From contig JANLWX010000202.1 in NCBI GenBank assembly GCA_031364845.1, positions 1-55,721 on the forward strand: DNA of 55,721 nt. Reading direction: 5' to 3'. A model generated the notes under the pieces. The model worked only from the letters and a program-made list of their open reading frames with translations, did not search any database and was not told the DNA's origin. Below are positions 18,392-29,573 of the stretch, piece after piece. How positions within the stretch are numbered: position 1 is the first letter of the stretch; every line of letters begins with the position of its first letter. The position numbers and the translations under genes were made by a program. Origin of the DNA: Candidatus Eiseniibacteriota bacterium (GTDB taxonomy: Bacteria > Eisenbacteria > RBG-16-71-46).

Positions 18392-18522
18392 GTCGAACGG
18401 CCGGCTGTGGATCGGGTTCCCGCGGCTGGTGAGCGCCACGGATTTCGTTGCGCCCGGTCCATCCCGATTTCCGCCCCGATCGACACCGCACTACCATGTC
18501 GGCTCCACGCGAGGAGGCGGTC

Positions 18523-19776
18523 GTGAACGTGCTGGTGCTCAACTGCGGAAGCTCGTCCCTCAAATTCCAGGTCGTCGCAACCGACTCCGCCGCCATGGCC
18601 AGGGATCAGGACCGGGTGATTGCCCGCGGTGTGATCGAACGGATCGGGAGCGAAGCGCTGCTCACGCTGTCGGCGGCCGGAGGAACACCGACCCGCCGCG
18701 CCGAACCGCTGCGTGACCACCGGGCGGCGCTCGACGCGGTGATGCGCTGGCTCACCGGGGGCGAGGTGCCGGGGCTCGGTTCACCGGAAGATGTGCATGC
18801 CGTCGGTCACCGCGTCGTGCACGGCGGCGAGCGGCTGACGCGCGCGACGCTGATCGACGAGGCGACGATCCGCACCATCGAAGCCTGCATTGATCTGGCC
18901 CCGCTCCACAATCCCGCGAATCTGCGCGGCATCGCCGCGGCGCGCGCGACGTTCGGTCCCGGGGTCCCCGAGGTCGCGGTGTTCGACACGGCGTTTCACT
19001 CGACGATGCCCGAGACGTCCTACCTCTATGCGATTCCCTATCCGATGTACGTGCGCCATCGCGTGCGCCGCTACGGATTCCATGGCACGTCCCATCGCTA
19101 CGTCGCGTGGCGTTATCGCAAGCTCACGGGGGTCGCGCGCGAGGCCGTGAACGTGGTCAGCCTGCACCTCGGCAACGGGGCATCGGCGTGCGCCATCCGG
19201 CGCGGGGAGTCGCTCGACACGACGATGGGGATGACGCCGCTCGAGGGTCTGGTCATGGGAACGCGCGCGGGGGACATCGACCCCGGCATTCTCGAGTACC
19301 TGCATCATAAGGAGGGCCTGTCCCTGACCGAGCTCGATACGATGCTGAACAAACAGTCGGGCCTGCTCGGGATCTCCGGCCTGACGAGCGACATGCGCGA
19401 TCTGCTCGCCGAGGAGGCCACCTACGGCGACCGCCGTGCACGCCTGGCGATCGACCTGTTCTGCATGCGCGCGCGCAAGGCGATCGGGGCGCTGCTGGCG
19501 CGGATGAACGGCGCCGATGCCATCCTGTTCACCGGCGGGATCGGCGAGAACGCGGCGGCGGTCCGGGCCCGGATTCTCGCGGACATGGACTGGTTCGGCG
19601 TGGGGCTCGATGCTGCCCGGAACGACGCGACGGTCCACGGGCAGGAGGGCGAGATCGGCGCTGCCGGCGCCCGGATGCGCGTGTTCGTGATCCCCACCAA
19701 CGAAGAGTTGATCATCGCGCGCGACACCGTGCGCTGCGTGACCGGGGAGAGCCGGCCGGCGCCACTTCCTGCCTAG
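18523..19776 (+). CDS. ackA: Acetate kinase
   Basis: [66 protein letters not shown] start after GAGGAGG. Confidence 0.97.
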   Translation: MNVLVLNCGSSSLKFQVVATDSAAMARDQDRVIARGVIERIGSEALLTLSAAGGTPTRRAEPLRDHRAALDAVMRWLTGGEVPGLGSPEDVHAVGHRVVHGGERLTRATLIDEATIRTIEACIDLAPLHNPANLRGIAAARATFGPGVPEVAVFDTAFHSTMPETSYLYAIPYPMYVRHRVRRYGFHGTSHRYVAWRYRKLTGVAREAVNVVSLHLGNGASACAIRRGESLDTTMGMTPLEGLVMGTRAGDIDPGILEYLHHKEGLSLTELDTMLNKQSGLLGISGLTSDMRDLLAEEATYGDRRARLAIDLFCMRARKAIGALLARMNGADAILFTGGIGENAAAVRARILADMDWFGVGLDAARNDATVHGQEGEIGAAGARMRVFVIPTNEELIIARDTVRCVTGESRPAPLPA

Positions 19777-19940
19777 TGCTCCGCGCCGGAGCACTACCCG
19801 CACGGGCTTTCATCCTCGCAGGGTGATGACGCCCACCGCCGGTGCTTGCCGGGGCGTTCGCCCCAATCATCCCGGCCCGCGACTCCTCGCCTGAAGAGCC
19901 ATACGCGCTAAACCGTTGTGGCGGCAGGCAGCTGCGTCCG

Positions 19941-19955
19941 CGGCACGTCGCGTGC
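19941..19955 (+). promoter_or_regulatory. Candidate sigma54 -24/-12 promoter
   Basis: CGGCAC-GTCGC-GTGC (GG-N10-GC), about 60 bp upstream of the 2820-aa gene. Confidence 0.4.
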
Positions 19956-20016
19956 GTGTTCCGAGGTGTCAGGACTCATCCACAACTTTGCTCTGCTCCC
20001 ACTGAGGAGTTCATAG

Positions 20017-23000
20017 ATGCGTGTGTCGGCCCGGTTCACTCTGCTTCGTCCTCCCGTTCCAGGCATCCTTATCGCGATCGCGATGGCGCTCGTGCTCGAC
20101 GCCCCGCGCGCGCTCGCCGCTACGTACTACGTCGATGCCGCGAACACCAAGGCGACGGATATCGGAACCGGGGCCGGCGCGAGTGCGACGCCGTACAAGA
20201 CAATCCAGGCCGCGGTCACCGCGCGCGCAATCGGCGGCAACACGATCATCGTCAAACCGTCGATCTATCGTGAATCCGTGGCGGTCACGGTGTCCGGAGC
20301 CTTGAAAAAGTTGATCGTCATCAAGACGAGCGGCCCGGGCGTGGTCGTGAGCGGGTCCGACGACTTCGCCGGCACCGCCAAGTGGACGCTGGTCTCGGGC
20401 AACGTGTACCTGGCATCGAGCGTCACCTGGCAACCGTTGCAGGTGTTCGCCAATGGCGCGCGGCTCGACACGTCGAGCGTCACGCCGGCATCCCTGCCCT
20501 CAAACAAGTTTCGGTACGTGAGCGGAACCGGTCTCTACGTCAATGCCGGAGGCGGCAACCCGGGCCTCAAGAACCTCGAAGTCGGACGTCGCGGGGTCGG
20601 GATCGATCTCGTCGCCTCGTACGTGACGATCGACGGGTTCGAGGTCACGCGTACCGACGACCGCGGCATTTACGTGCACGGTGCGGTGAGCAACTCGATC
20701 GTCCAGAACTGCACGGTCAGCTTCGCGCGGTCCTACGGCCTGCACGTCGACGCGGCGACGGCGATGACGGTGTTCAAGAATTTCACCCGCGACAACGGTG
20801 ACCACGGCATCTCGGTCACGGCAAGCCCGGCCTGCAAGGTCCAGAACAACGAGAGCTTCCGCAATGCGCGGCCGACCACGCGCGCGGCGAACGGCATCAA
20901 CGTGCACAGCTCGCCCGGCAGCATCGTCGAGAACAACCGCTGCTACGACAACCAGGACTCGGGGCTCCAGTACTACAACGGATCCGACAACTGCATCTCG
21001 CGCAACAACCTCTCGTGGAACAACGGGGACCACGGCTACGACCACGTCGCGAGCGCCGGCGTGATGCACTTCCACGATGTCGCCTACGGGAACTTCAAGG
21101 ACGGGTTCTCGATCGAAGGCAACTCGCCTGGTGCGAAGATGTACAACTGCATCTCGGCGAACAACGGTCTGACCGTCGCCGAGTACGATCTGTGGGTCGA
21201 CCCGGCCTCGACCGTGGGCTTCGTCGCGGACTACAACCTGTTCTGGAACGGCTCGAACCGCAGCCCGTTCAAGTTCGGCGCCACCGCGTATGCCACCCTC
21301 GGCGCCTATCAGGTCGCGTCGGGCCAGGATCTGCACTCGCGCCAGTCGAACCCGCGATTCCTCCTGCCTGCCGCGGGCAACTTCCGTCTCATGTCGAACT
21401 CGCCTGCGATCGACGCGGCACGCTCGGGCATCGTGAACGCCCCGACCACCGACGCGGCGGCTGCAGCGCGCTATGACGACACGGCCACGCCGAACACCGG
21501 ATTCGGCAACCCGGCGTACGCCGACATGGGCGTCTACGAATACCGGCCTTCGGGCAACCGTCCGATCGCGTCATTGCGACTGACGCCGGCGAAAGGTGAA
21601 TCGCCGCTCGACGTGACCGCGGATGCTTCGCTGTCGACCGATCCGAGCGGTGCCGTGATCGCCTACACGTTCGACTTCGGCGACGGCACGGTGGTCGGTC
21701 CGCAGGCGACGGCGCTCGCAACGCACAGGTTCGGAGCGGGCAACTGGCCGGTGAGTGTGATGGTCGCCGATGCGATCGGACAGGTTGCGATCGCGACGGT
21801 CATCGACAGTGTCAAGCTTGGCGACCTGAAACCGGTCGTTTCGGCACCCGCGACGATCACCGCTTATCGCGGTCAGGCGATGCAGTTGAACGTGACCGCG
21901 TCGGACGTGGACAGTCCTTCGATCACGTCGCTGACCGCGGATCTCTCGGGACTTCCGGCGGGCAACAACGCGGTGTTCACGGCCAATGCCGCGCGCACCG
22001 CGGGCACGCTGGTGTGGACCCCGACGGCGAGCGAAGTGCGCGCGGCGCCTTACAACGTGACGTTCACCGCCGCCAACGCGAAGAGCGCCTCGACGACGAC
22101 CGCGATCAGCGTGCAGCAGCCCAATGCACCGCCGGTGCCGGTCCTCGCGGCCACGCCGCAGAGCGGTGCACCCCCGATGCTGGTCACCGCGTCGGCGGCC
22201 GGTTCGTTCGATCCCGACGGCACGGTGGTGAGCTATCAGTTCGACTTCGGAGACGGCACCGTCGTCGGTCCGCAGGCCGCGGCCACGGCGACGCACTCGT
22301 ACGGACTCGGAAACTGGGAAGTGCGCCTCACCGTGGTCGACGATCGCGGGGCGAGTGTCACGTCCGCTCCGGTGATGGTCCAGGTGCTCGGGCTCGGTCC
22401 CAATCTCGTGACCAACAATTCGTTCGAGAGCGGGATCACGGGCTGGGCGATCTACGGCGCCGACACGCTCTATCGCGTGGCGGGTGGCCAGAGCGGAAAT
22501 TTCGCGCTCGAGATGCGCGCAGCGGCCGGCGATACGGCGCTGTTCGGCTGCAACGACGCGCCGAACTGGGTTCTGAACTCCGGCGCCTCCGGGACGCGCT
22601 ACCGCTTCACGGCGTGGGTGCGCTCGAACGCGCACCGCGGCCTTGCGAAGCTAAGGCTGCGTGAGTTCAACGGCGCGGTGCAGATCGGATCCGTCAAGCT
22701 CTCGACGGGCACGGTGCTTTCGCCGACCTGGCAGCCGATCACGATGGAATACAATACGCTCGCCGGGGGATCGACGCTCGACTTCAATGTCATCGACGAT
22801 CCGGTCGTGGCGGGGGAGACGTTTCAGGTCGACAACATCTCGATTCAGCAGACCTCGCTCGCGCTGCCCGTGATCACGATGCCTGCCGCCGTGACGGGCC
22901 CCGAGAACACGCCGATCACGTTCACGGTGACGGTGTCGGACCCGGATGGTGATCCCATCACCGGGCTCGTAGCCGATCTCTCGGGCCTGCCGGCCGGACA

Positions 23001-26000
23001 CAACGCGACCTTCGCCACCAACGCGAGCCGCACCGAGGGAACGTTCACCTGGACCCCGGGTTTCGCGCACGCCCGTGATGGGATGTATCCGGTCAACTTC
23101 ATCGCGACCAGCGGCATCTCGGGAGCCACCTCGGGCACCGTGCCGATCGTGGTCACCAATGTTGATCGCGCGCCGGTGGTCACCGCGCCCTCGGCCGTCA
23201 CCACCACCGAAGGCGAGCTGATGACGCTCGCCGTCCAGGCAGCCGACGCGGACGGCGACACGATCACGTCGCTCGTCGCGAACCTCGCCGGTCTCCCGGC
23301 GGGACATCGCGCGGTATTCACTCCGAACGCCACGCGCACCGCGGGCACGTTGTCGTGGACGCCGACCTACGCCGATTCGGGCGTCTATACCGTGTCGTTC
23401 ACCGCGGCGAACGCGATGAGCAGCACCGGCACGACGATCGTCACGGTCCGCTACGTCGACCGCGCACCGGTCGTCACCGCGCCGGCGAGTGTGAGCGGCA
23501 GCGAAGGCGCGCCGATCGTGCTCACGGTTTCCGCTTCCGATCCGGACGGTGAAGCGCTGACCGTGCTGAGCGCGAACCTCGCCGGCCTTCCCGCCGGACA
23601 TGGCGCCGTGTTCGTGCCGAGCGCGGATCGCAGCAGCGGATCGCTGTCATGGACTCCGTCGTTCGCGGATTCGGGTTCCTACACCGTCGTGTTCACGACC
23701 TCGAACGCGCTCTCGGGAACCACGAGCAGCGTGATTCGCGTCGCGAACGTCGACCGCGCGCCGATCGTCACTTCACCCGCGGCGGTGACCGCGATCGAGA
23801 ACGGATTGCTCACGGTCGAGGTCACCGCGTCGGATCCCGATGGCGATGCGATCACTTCGCTCGGCGCTGATCTCGCGGGTCTGCCGGCTTCGAACAACGC
23901 CGTGTTCACGCGCAACGCCGCGGGGACCGCGGGCACGCTGACCTGGACCCCGGCGCCGAGTGCGGTACGCGCGGCTCCGTACCCGGTCGTCTTCACGGCG
24001 GCGAACGCACTCAGCAATGTCTCGAGCACCGCGATCACGGTGCTGCACCCGAACACGCTGCCGACCGCGGTGATGTCTGCGACTCCGCAGTCCGGATCGG
24101 AACCGCTGGTCGTCACTCTCAACGCTTCGACGTCGTTCGACGCCGACGGTGTGATCGCGAGCTACACGTTCAACTTCGGAGACGGCACGTCCGTGGGCCC
24201 GCAGGCTTCGCCGGTCGCGACCCACTCGTATGCGCTCGGAAACTGGAACGCGCGCGTGACGGTCGTCGACGATCGCGGCGGATCCGCGATCTCCGCGCCG
24301 GTCATGATCCAGGTGCTCGGTCTCGGTGCAAATCTTGTGGGCAATCCCTCGTTCGAAACCAACGTCACCGGATGGGGCGTCTACGGTGCCGACACGCTGA
24401 TCCGTGTGGCCGGCGGACAGAGCGGCAGCTTCGCGCTCGAGATGCGCAGTGCGGCGTCCAACCTGTCGCTATTCGGCTGCAACGACTCCCCGAACTGGGT
24501 GACGAATGCGGGACCCGCCGGCACGCGTTATCGCTTCTCGGCATGGGTGCGGTCGGCGGCACACCAGGGCAAGGCGAAGCTGAGACTGCGCGAGTTCAGC
24601 GGCGCACAGCAGGTCGGCTCGACGCAGCTGACCGCGGGTGTGACGCTCACACCCAACTGGCAGCTGGTCAGCTTCGACTACAACACGCTGGCGGCGGGCT
24701 CGAGCCTCGACTTGAACGTCGTCGATGCCCCGGTCCTCGCGGGCGAAGCCTTCCAGGTCGACAACATCTCGATCCAGCGCTCGGCACTCGCGCTGCCGGT
24801 CGTCGGAGCCCCTTCGGCGATGCCGGGATCCGAAGGAACGCCCATCACCTTCACGGTCACGGCCGCCGATCCGAGCGGGGACCCGATCACCGGTCTCACG
24901 GTCGACGTCTCCGCGCTGCCGGCCGGACACCACGCGACCTTCGTGACCAACGCGAGCAAGACTCAGGGCACGTTCAGCTGGACGCCGTCCTATTCGGCCG
25001 CGCGCGTCGCGCCCTACACGGTGACGTTCTTCGCGACCAGCGGTGCCGCAGGAACTGGCTCGACCAGCGTGCCGATGGTGATCGCGAACGTGGACCCGGC
25101 GCCGGTCGTCGTCGTCCCGGCCGCGATCACGGTCGCCGAAACCGGATCCGTGTCGTTCCCGATCACCGCCACGGATCCTGACGGCAGCGCGATCACGGCG
25201 CTCAACGCCGACCTGTCCGCGTTCCCCGTGGGTGGCAACGCGGCGTTCAGCACGAATCCCGGCCTGGGCGGCGGCACGTTCACGTGGAGCCCCGGCTACT
25301 CCGACTCGGGAACGTATGTGGTGACCTTCACGGCCTCCAACTCACGGACGACGGCGCGCGCCACGACCATTCGTGTCTCCAACGTGGACCGTGCGCCGGT
25401 CGTGACGGCCGTGCCGTCCGCGACGGTGTCCGAAAGCGGCACGCTGACGGTCGAGGTCTCGGTGTCCGACGCCGATGGTGACGCGATCGCGGCACTCGGC
25501 GCCAACTTCGCGGTGCTTCCGGCAGGAAGCGACGCGGTGTTCACGCCGGAAGCCGATCATCACAGCGGCACGTTCGTGTGGAACACGTCTTACTCGAGTG
25601 CGGGCGACTATGCGCTCGTCTTCACCGCCGTGAACGCGATGAGCGCCACCGCGACCACCGCGCTGCATGTCGAGAACGTCGACCGGTCGCCGGTCATCTC
25701 GGCTCCGGAAGCCGTGACGGCTCTCGAAGGCACGCCCATCACGATCGACGTCATCGCATCGGACCCGGACGGTGATTCGATCGTCCGCTCCGCCGATCTG
25801 TACGCAATCCCGGCCCTGGGCAATGCGGCCTTCGTTGCGACCGCGGCCGGCGGCACGTTCACGTGGACGCCGACACACGCGGACTCGGGCACCTACACGC
25901 TCGTCTTCACGGCCGGCAACGTCCTCACCGCCTCGGCGATCACCACACTGCAGATCGCCAACGTCGACCGGGCGCCGGTGGCTTCGGTGCCCGCGAGTTC

Positions 26001-28479
26001 GGAAGTGATCGAAAATCAGATGCTCACGCTCGAGTTCGCGGCTTCCGATCCCGACGGCGATGCCTTCACCGCCTTCACCGCCGATCTGTCAGGACTTCCC
26101 CTGCCGAACGACGCCGTGTTCACCGAGCGCGGAGACCACACCGGCGGCACGCTGACCTGGACTCCGCAGACCGCGGACGCGCCGGGCTCGTACACGGTGG
26201 GATTCCGCGCCGAGAACGCGATGGTCGTGGTCGGCACGAGCGTGATCGTGGTGCGCCGCTTCAATCATGCTCCGCAGATCGATGCCCCGGCGACCGCGGG
26301 TGCGACCGAAGGTCAGCCGCTCACGATCCACGTGTCGGCATCGGACGTCGATGGTGACGCGATCACCGCACTCGAAGCGGATCTGTCGAGTCTCCCCGCG
26401 GGACACAACGCCGTGTTCACACTCGACGGCACCGGTGCCGCCGGCGACCTGACCTGGACGCCGACCTACGCTGATGCTGCGAGTCTGCATGTGATCACCT
26501 TCAAGACCCGCGCCGGAGCCGGCGTGGCCGACGCGGACCGCGCGAGTGCCGTGACCGAGATCACCGTGAGCAATGTCGACCGCGCGCCGGTCGTCGTGGC
26601 GCCGCCGGCGGTATTCGCAGCGGAAGGCGGTGTGGTTCACATCGAAGTGTCCGCGTCGGATCCGGATGGTGATGTGATCGACGCGCTGAGTGCCGACTTG
26701 AGCGGCCTGCCTGAGGGCAACGATGCGTTGTTCGTCACGCAGTCCGGCAACACCGCGGGCACGCTCACGTGGACGCCGGGCGAGAGCGATGGCGCGGGTC
26801 CGTTCGTGATCACGTTCCACGCGCAGAATGCTCTGAGCGCCTCGGCCGCATCGTCCGTGTCGCGTGGCCGCCGCCCGGTGGTGTCGGTCGTGTCCGACGT
26901 GATGGTGAACGAGAACCAGCAACTGTCGGTCACGGTCATGGCGTCGGATCCGGATGGTGATGCGATCGACCTCTTGACCGCGGACCTTGCCGGACTGCCG
27001 GCGGGTGATGCGCGCTTCACGATCAGCCCCGATCACACTTCGGGCACGCTGGAGTGGACCCCGACGTTTGCCGACGGTCGCGCGCTTCCTTACGCCGTGA
27101 CGTTCAGGGCGGCGAACATGTTGTCCGGCACCGGTGCGGTCGCGATCTCGGTTGCGAACGTCGACCGCGGGCCGGTCGTGACGGTGCAACCGGCTGCGGC
27201 CGCGAACGAGAATCAGGCGCTGGCCTTCACGGTGAGCGCGTCGGATCCCGACGGCGAACCAATCAGCACGCTGAGTGCGAACCTCTCAGGCCTTCCGGCC
27301 GGCGCCACATTCATTCCGAACGGCAACGCCACCGGCGGCACGTTCCAGTGGACGCCGTCGGTCGGCAGCGGACGCGTCGCGCCGTACCTTGTGACCTTCA
27401 CCGCTTCGAATGCCCTGGCCGACTCGGGCACCGCGGCGATCACCGTGAATGCGCTGCCGGTTGCCGCGCTGACGCTCACGCCTTCGTCGGGTGTGGCGCC
27501 GGTCACGATCACCGCGAACGCCTCGGGATCGAGCGATCTCGACGGAACGATCGTGTCCTACACCTTCAACTTCGGCGACGGAACGATCGTCGGCCCGCAG
27601 GCGGCGGCGACCGCGACCCGCGTCTACGGCGCCGGCAGCTACACCGTATCGGTGGTCGTGGTCGACAACCAGGGCGCGAGCGCGACGGTTTCGCAGACCG
27701 TCACCGTGACGTCGAACCTGTGCGGCAATCCCGGCTTCGAGAACGCATCGACCGGTTGGAGCGGCAGCGGTTCCGCGGTGGTCTCACGTGTCGCGGGCGG
27801 GCGCACCGGCAGCTACTGTCTCAACGTGCAGGGCCCGGGGACGACGGCGACCTTCGGAGCGACCGACAGTCCGAACTGGATCACGACCACGCCCGCGATC
27901 GGAACCCGCTACCGTTTCACGGCGTGGGTCCGCTCCGACGCCGGCCGCGGCATCGTGAAGATCAAGGTGCGTGAGTACCTGTCGGGCGTGCTGCAGGGCA
28001 CGGCGGGCCTCTCGGCTTCGACCGCACTGACGTCGGGCTGGCAGCAGGTGACCTACGAATTCACGTGCATCAAGGCCGGCTCGACGCTCGACTTCGAGAT
28101 GGGCGACACGCCGGCGACGGCGAGTGAGAGCTTCCAGATGGACGACGTGAGCATCACGATCGTTCCGGCGGGCTCGGCCGCGATGCTGCAGACCGGAGTC
28201 GTGAACGATGCGGCGCTCGCCTTCACCTCCACCGTGCTCCCGAACCCGATCCGCGGCCAGGGTGAGATCGGGTTCACCACGACCCGTTCCGGCCGGGTCC
28301 GCGTCGAGATCCTCGACGTGAGCGGCCGCACCGTTCAGATGCCCCTCGACGCGTTCGTCGGTCCGGGGCGTCACGGGGTTCCGATCCGCTCGCGCGGCGT
28401 AATGACGGCGGGCGTGTACTTCTATCGGGTGATCGCCGAGGAAGGTGTGCGAAGCGGCAGGCTCGTGGTGATCGACTGA
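20017..28479 (+). CDS. Giant secreted surface protein: right-handed beta-helix, 4 PKD, 3 CBM4/9-like, about 14 cadherin/Ig-like repeats, C-terminal T9SS-like domain
   Basis: Signal peptide then TYYVD; Asn-rich beta-helix repeats; FDFGDG/FNFGDG PKD motifs; NPSFE..W...YRFTAWVRS modules; SDPDGD...WTP...NVDRAP repeats; C-terminal PNP...DVSGR...GVYFYR. Confidence 0.88.
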   Translation: MRVSARFTLLRPPVPGILIAIAMALVLDAPRALAATYYVDAANTKATDIGTGAGASATPYKTIQAAVTARAIGGNTIIVKPSIYRESVAVTVSGALKKLIVIKTSGPGVVVSGSDDFAGTAKWTLVSGNVYLASSVTWQPLQVFANGARLDTSSVTPASLPSNKFRYVSGTGLYVNAGGGNPGLKNLEVGRRGVGIDLVASYVTIDGFEVTRTDDRGIYVHGAVSNSIVQNCTVSFARSYGLHVDAATAMTVFKNFTRDNGDHGISVTASPACKVQNNESFRNARPTTRAANGINVHSSPGSIVENNRCYDNQDSGLQYYNGSDNCISRNNLSWNNGDHGYDHVASAGVMHFHDVAYGNFKDGFSIEGNSPGAKMYNCISANNGLTVAEYDLWVDPASTVGFVADYNLFWNGSNRSPFKFGATAYATLGAYQVASGQDLHSRQSNPRFLLPAAGNFRLMSNSPAIDAARSGIVNAPTTDAAAAARYDDTATPNTGFGNPAYADMGVYEYRPSGNRPIASLRLTPAKGESPLDVTADASLSTDPSGAVIAYTFDFGDGTVVGPQATALATHRFGAGNWPVSVMVADAIGQVAIATVIDSVKLGDLKPVVSAPATITAYRGQAMQLNVTASDVDSPSITSLTADLSGLPAGNNAVFTANAARTAGTLVWTPTASEVRAAPYNVTFTAANAKSASTTTAISVQQPNAPPVPVLAATPQSGAPPMLVTASAAGSFDPDGTVVSYQFDFGDGTVVGPQAAATATHSYGLGNWEVRLTVVDDRGASVTSAPVMVQVLGLGPNLVTNNSFESGITGWAIYGADTLYRVAGGQSGNFALEMRAAAGDTALFGCNDAPNWVLNSGASGTRYRFTAWVRSNAHRGLAKLRLREFNGAVQIGSVKLSTGTVLSPTWQPITMEYNTLAGGSTLDFNVIDDPVVAGETFQVDNISIQQTSLALPVITMPAAVTGPENTPITFTVTVSDPDGDPITGLVADLSGLPAGHNATFATNASRTEGTFTWTPGFAHARDGMYPVNFIATSGISGATSGTVPIVVTNVDRAPVVTAPSAVTTTEGELMTLAVQAADADGDTITSLVANLAGLPAGHRAVFTPNATRTAGTLSWTPTYADSGVYTVSFTAANAMSSTGTTIVTVRYVDRAPVVTAPASVSGSEGAPIVLTVSASDPDGEALTVLSANLAGLPAGHGAVFVPSADRSSGSLSWTPSFADSGSYTVVFTTSNALSGTTSSVIRVANVDRAPIVTSPAAVTAIENGLLTVEVTASDPDGDAITSLGADLAGLPASNNAVFTRNAAGTAGTLTWTPAPSAVRAAPYPVVFTAANALSNVSSTAITVLHPNTLPTAVMSATPQSGSEPLVVTLNASTSFDADGVIASYTFNFGDGTSVGPQASPVATHSYALGNWNARVTVVDDRGGSAISAPVMIQVLGLGANLVGNPSFETNVTGWGVYGADTLIRVAGGQSGSFALEMRSAASNLSLFGCNDSPNWVTNAGPAGTRYRFSAWVRSAAHQGKAKLRLREFSGAQQVGSTQLTAGVTLTPNWQLVSFDYNTLAAGSSLDLNVVDAPVLAGEAFQVDNISIQRSALALPVVGAPSAMPGSEGTPITFTVTAADPSGDPITGLTVDVSALPAGHHATFVTNASKTQGTFSWTPSYSAARVAPYTVTFFATSGAAGTGSTSVPMVIANVDPAPVVVVPAAITVAETGSVSFPITATDPDGSAITALNADLSAFPVGGNAAFSTNPGLGGGTFTWSPGYSDSGTYVVTFTASNSRTTARATTIRVSNVDRAPVVTAVPSATVSESGTLTVEVSVSDADGDAIAALGANFAVLPAGSDAVFTPEADHHSGTFVWNTSYSSAGDYALVFTAVNAMSATATTALHVENVDRSPVISAPEAVTALEGTPITIDVIASDPDGDSIVRSADLYAIPALGNAAFVATAAGGTFTWTPTHADSGTYTLVFTAGNVLTASAITTLQIANVDRAPVASVPASSEVIENQMLTLEFAASDPDGDAFTAFTADLSGLPLPNDAVFTERGDHTGGTLTWTPQTADAPGSYTVGFRAENAMVVVGTSVIVVRRFNHAPQIDAPATAGATEGQPLTIHVSASDVDGDAITALEADLSSLPAGHNAVFTLDGTGAAGDLTWTPTYADAASLHVITFKTRAGAGVADADRASAVTEITVSNVDRAPVVVAPPAVFAAEGGVVHIEVSASDPDGDVIDALSADLSGLPEGNDALFVTQSGNTAGTLTWTPGESDGAGPFVITFHAQNALSASAASSVSRGRRPVVSVVSDVMVNENQQLSVTVMASDPDGDAIDLLTADLAGLPAGDARFTISPDHTSGTLEWTPTFADGRALPYAVTFRAANMLSGTGAVAISVANVDRGPVVTVQPAAAANENQALAFTVSASDPDGEPISTLSANLSGLPAGATFIPNGNATGGTFQWTPSVGSGRVAPYLVTFTASNALADSGTAAITVNALPVAALTLTPSSGVAPVTITANASGSSDLDGTIVSYTFNFGDGTIVGPQAAATATRVYGAGSYTVSVVVVDNQGASATVSQTVTVTSNLCGNPGFENASTGWSGSGSAVVSRVAGGRTGSYCLNVQGPGTTATFGATDSPNWITTTPAIGTRYRFTAWVRSDAGRGIVKIKVREYLSGVLQGTAGLSASTALTSGWQQVTYEFTCIKAGSTLDFEMGDTPATASESFQMDDVSITIVPAGSAAMLQTGVVNDAALAFTSTVLPNPIRGQGEIGFTTTRSGRVRVEILDVSGRTVQMPLDAFVGPGRHGVPIRSRGVMTAGVYFYRVIAEEGVRSGRLVVID

Positions 28480-28819
28480 TCACGGGCCCCCGGCCCGCGC
28501 TCGGTCACTCTCAGGTGCCGGCGCGACCGTAGGTGACGCGGGGGAGGGCGGCCTGTTTCGAGGCCGGCTGGTAGGTGTCGGCTTCATTCGCGACACGGCC
28601 GGGTTTCGAAGCAGGCGCCGGTGCCGATTCAGACCCGCGCGCGGCAAGGATGCCGGACATGGGCTGCAGCAGCGTCAGAATTCCGATCGGATTCACAGGG
28701 TGGCTCCTGGTGGAGAAGACCTTCTCTGTGGGAGCTACCGGCACCCGGCATCCGGCCCTTTACCGGTGGCCCGGCCTCACGCGGAACCGATTCTTGCACT
28801 CCGGGGGAGCCGTTCGGGT

Positions 28820-28835
28820 TGGAAGAGCTCTTGCT
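28820..28835 (+). promoter_or_regulatory. Candidate sigma54 promoter
   Basis: TGGAAG-AGCTC-TTGCT (GG-N10-GC). Confidence 0.45.
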
Positions 28836-28916
28836 AGGCTGTTCGCTCGTCGCTCATCCGACGTCCCGCGGAGCACGTCCCCGCTTCGTACCTGTCCACT
28901 CCTAAAGGAGTCTTCC

Positions 28917-29375
28917 ATGGCACACCGCAGCGCGTTCGATCGGTTCTCGACCCAGGCGGCTCGCGTGACCGGGATGCCGGTCGGATTCCTGGCCGCGCTG
29001 GGTCTGATCGTCGGGTGGCTGGTGACGGGACCCATCTTCAAATTCAGCGATACCTGGCAGTTGCTGATCAACACCACGACCACGGTGGTGACGTTCCTCA
29101 TGGTGTTCCTGATCCAGTCCACGCAGAACCGCGACAGCGAGGCGATGCAGCTCAAGTTGAACGAGATCATCCGCGCCATCGAAGGCGCTCATCTCTCGAT
29201 GATGGACCTCGAGGATCTGACCATGGAGGAGCTCGACTCGATCCGCGCCGAGCACGTGAAGATCGCAGAGAAGGCTCGCGAAGACCGCCGCAAAGGCCTC
29301 AACGACACCGGCGCTGCCGAGTCCAGCGAGCCGCGCGAGATCCAAGTGAGGCGCTCGAAGATGTCCAAGCGCTGA
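28917..29375 (+). CDS. Low-affinity iron permease family (Fet4-like small membrane protein)
   Basis: GPIFKFSDTWQLLINTTTTVVTFLMVFLIQSTQNRDSEAMQLKLNE; RBS AAGGAG. Confidence 0.9.
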   Translation: MAHRSAFDRFSTQAARVTGMPVGFLAALGLIVGWLVTGPIFKFSDTWQLLINTTTTVVTFLMVFLIQSTQNRDSEAMQLKLNEIIRAIEGAHLSMMDLEDLTMEELDSIRAEHVKIAEKAREDRRKGLNDTGAAESSEPREIQVRRSKMSKR

Positions 29376-29394
29376 GGGTCCGTCCTCGGCTGCT

Positions 29395-29410
29395 TGGTAC
29401 GACTCTCGCA
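29395..29410 (+). promoter_or_regulatory. Candidate sigma54 promoter
   Basis: TGGTAC-GACTC-TCGCA (GG-N10-GC). Confidence 0.4.
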
Positions 29411-29573
29411 TTGGGATCGATGCAGGTCCGCCTCGAACACGGAACGCCCGCAATTACGCGGGTTTTCACGGGCAGGTCGAGGCGCGACAGGCTTCAAACT
29501 TACATCTCGACGCGCAGTTCTTTCATCACGGCCCGGTCGGCCGCGGTTGCTTCAAGGAAGAAGGAGGATCGTC

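Noticed and set aside
28511..28744. 77-aa minus-strand ORF in the intergenic gap
   Set aside because: No RBS, motif or recognisable features; cannot be supported.
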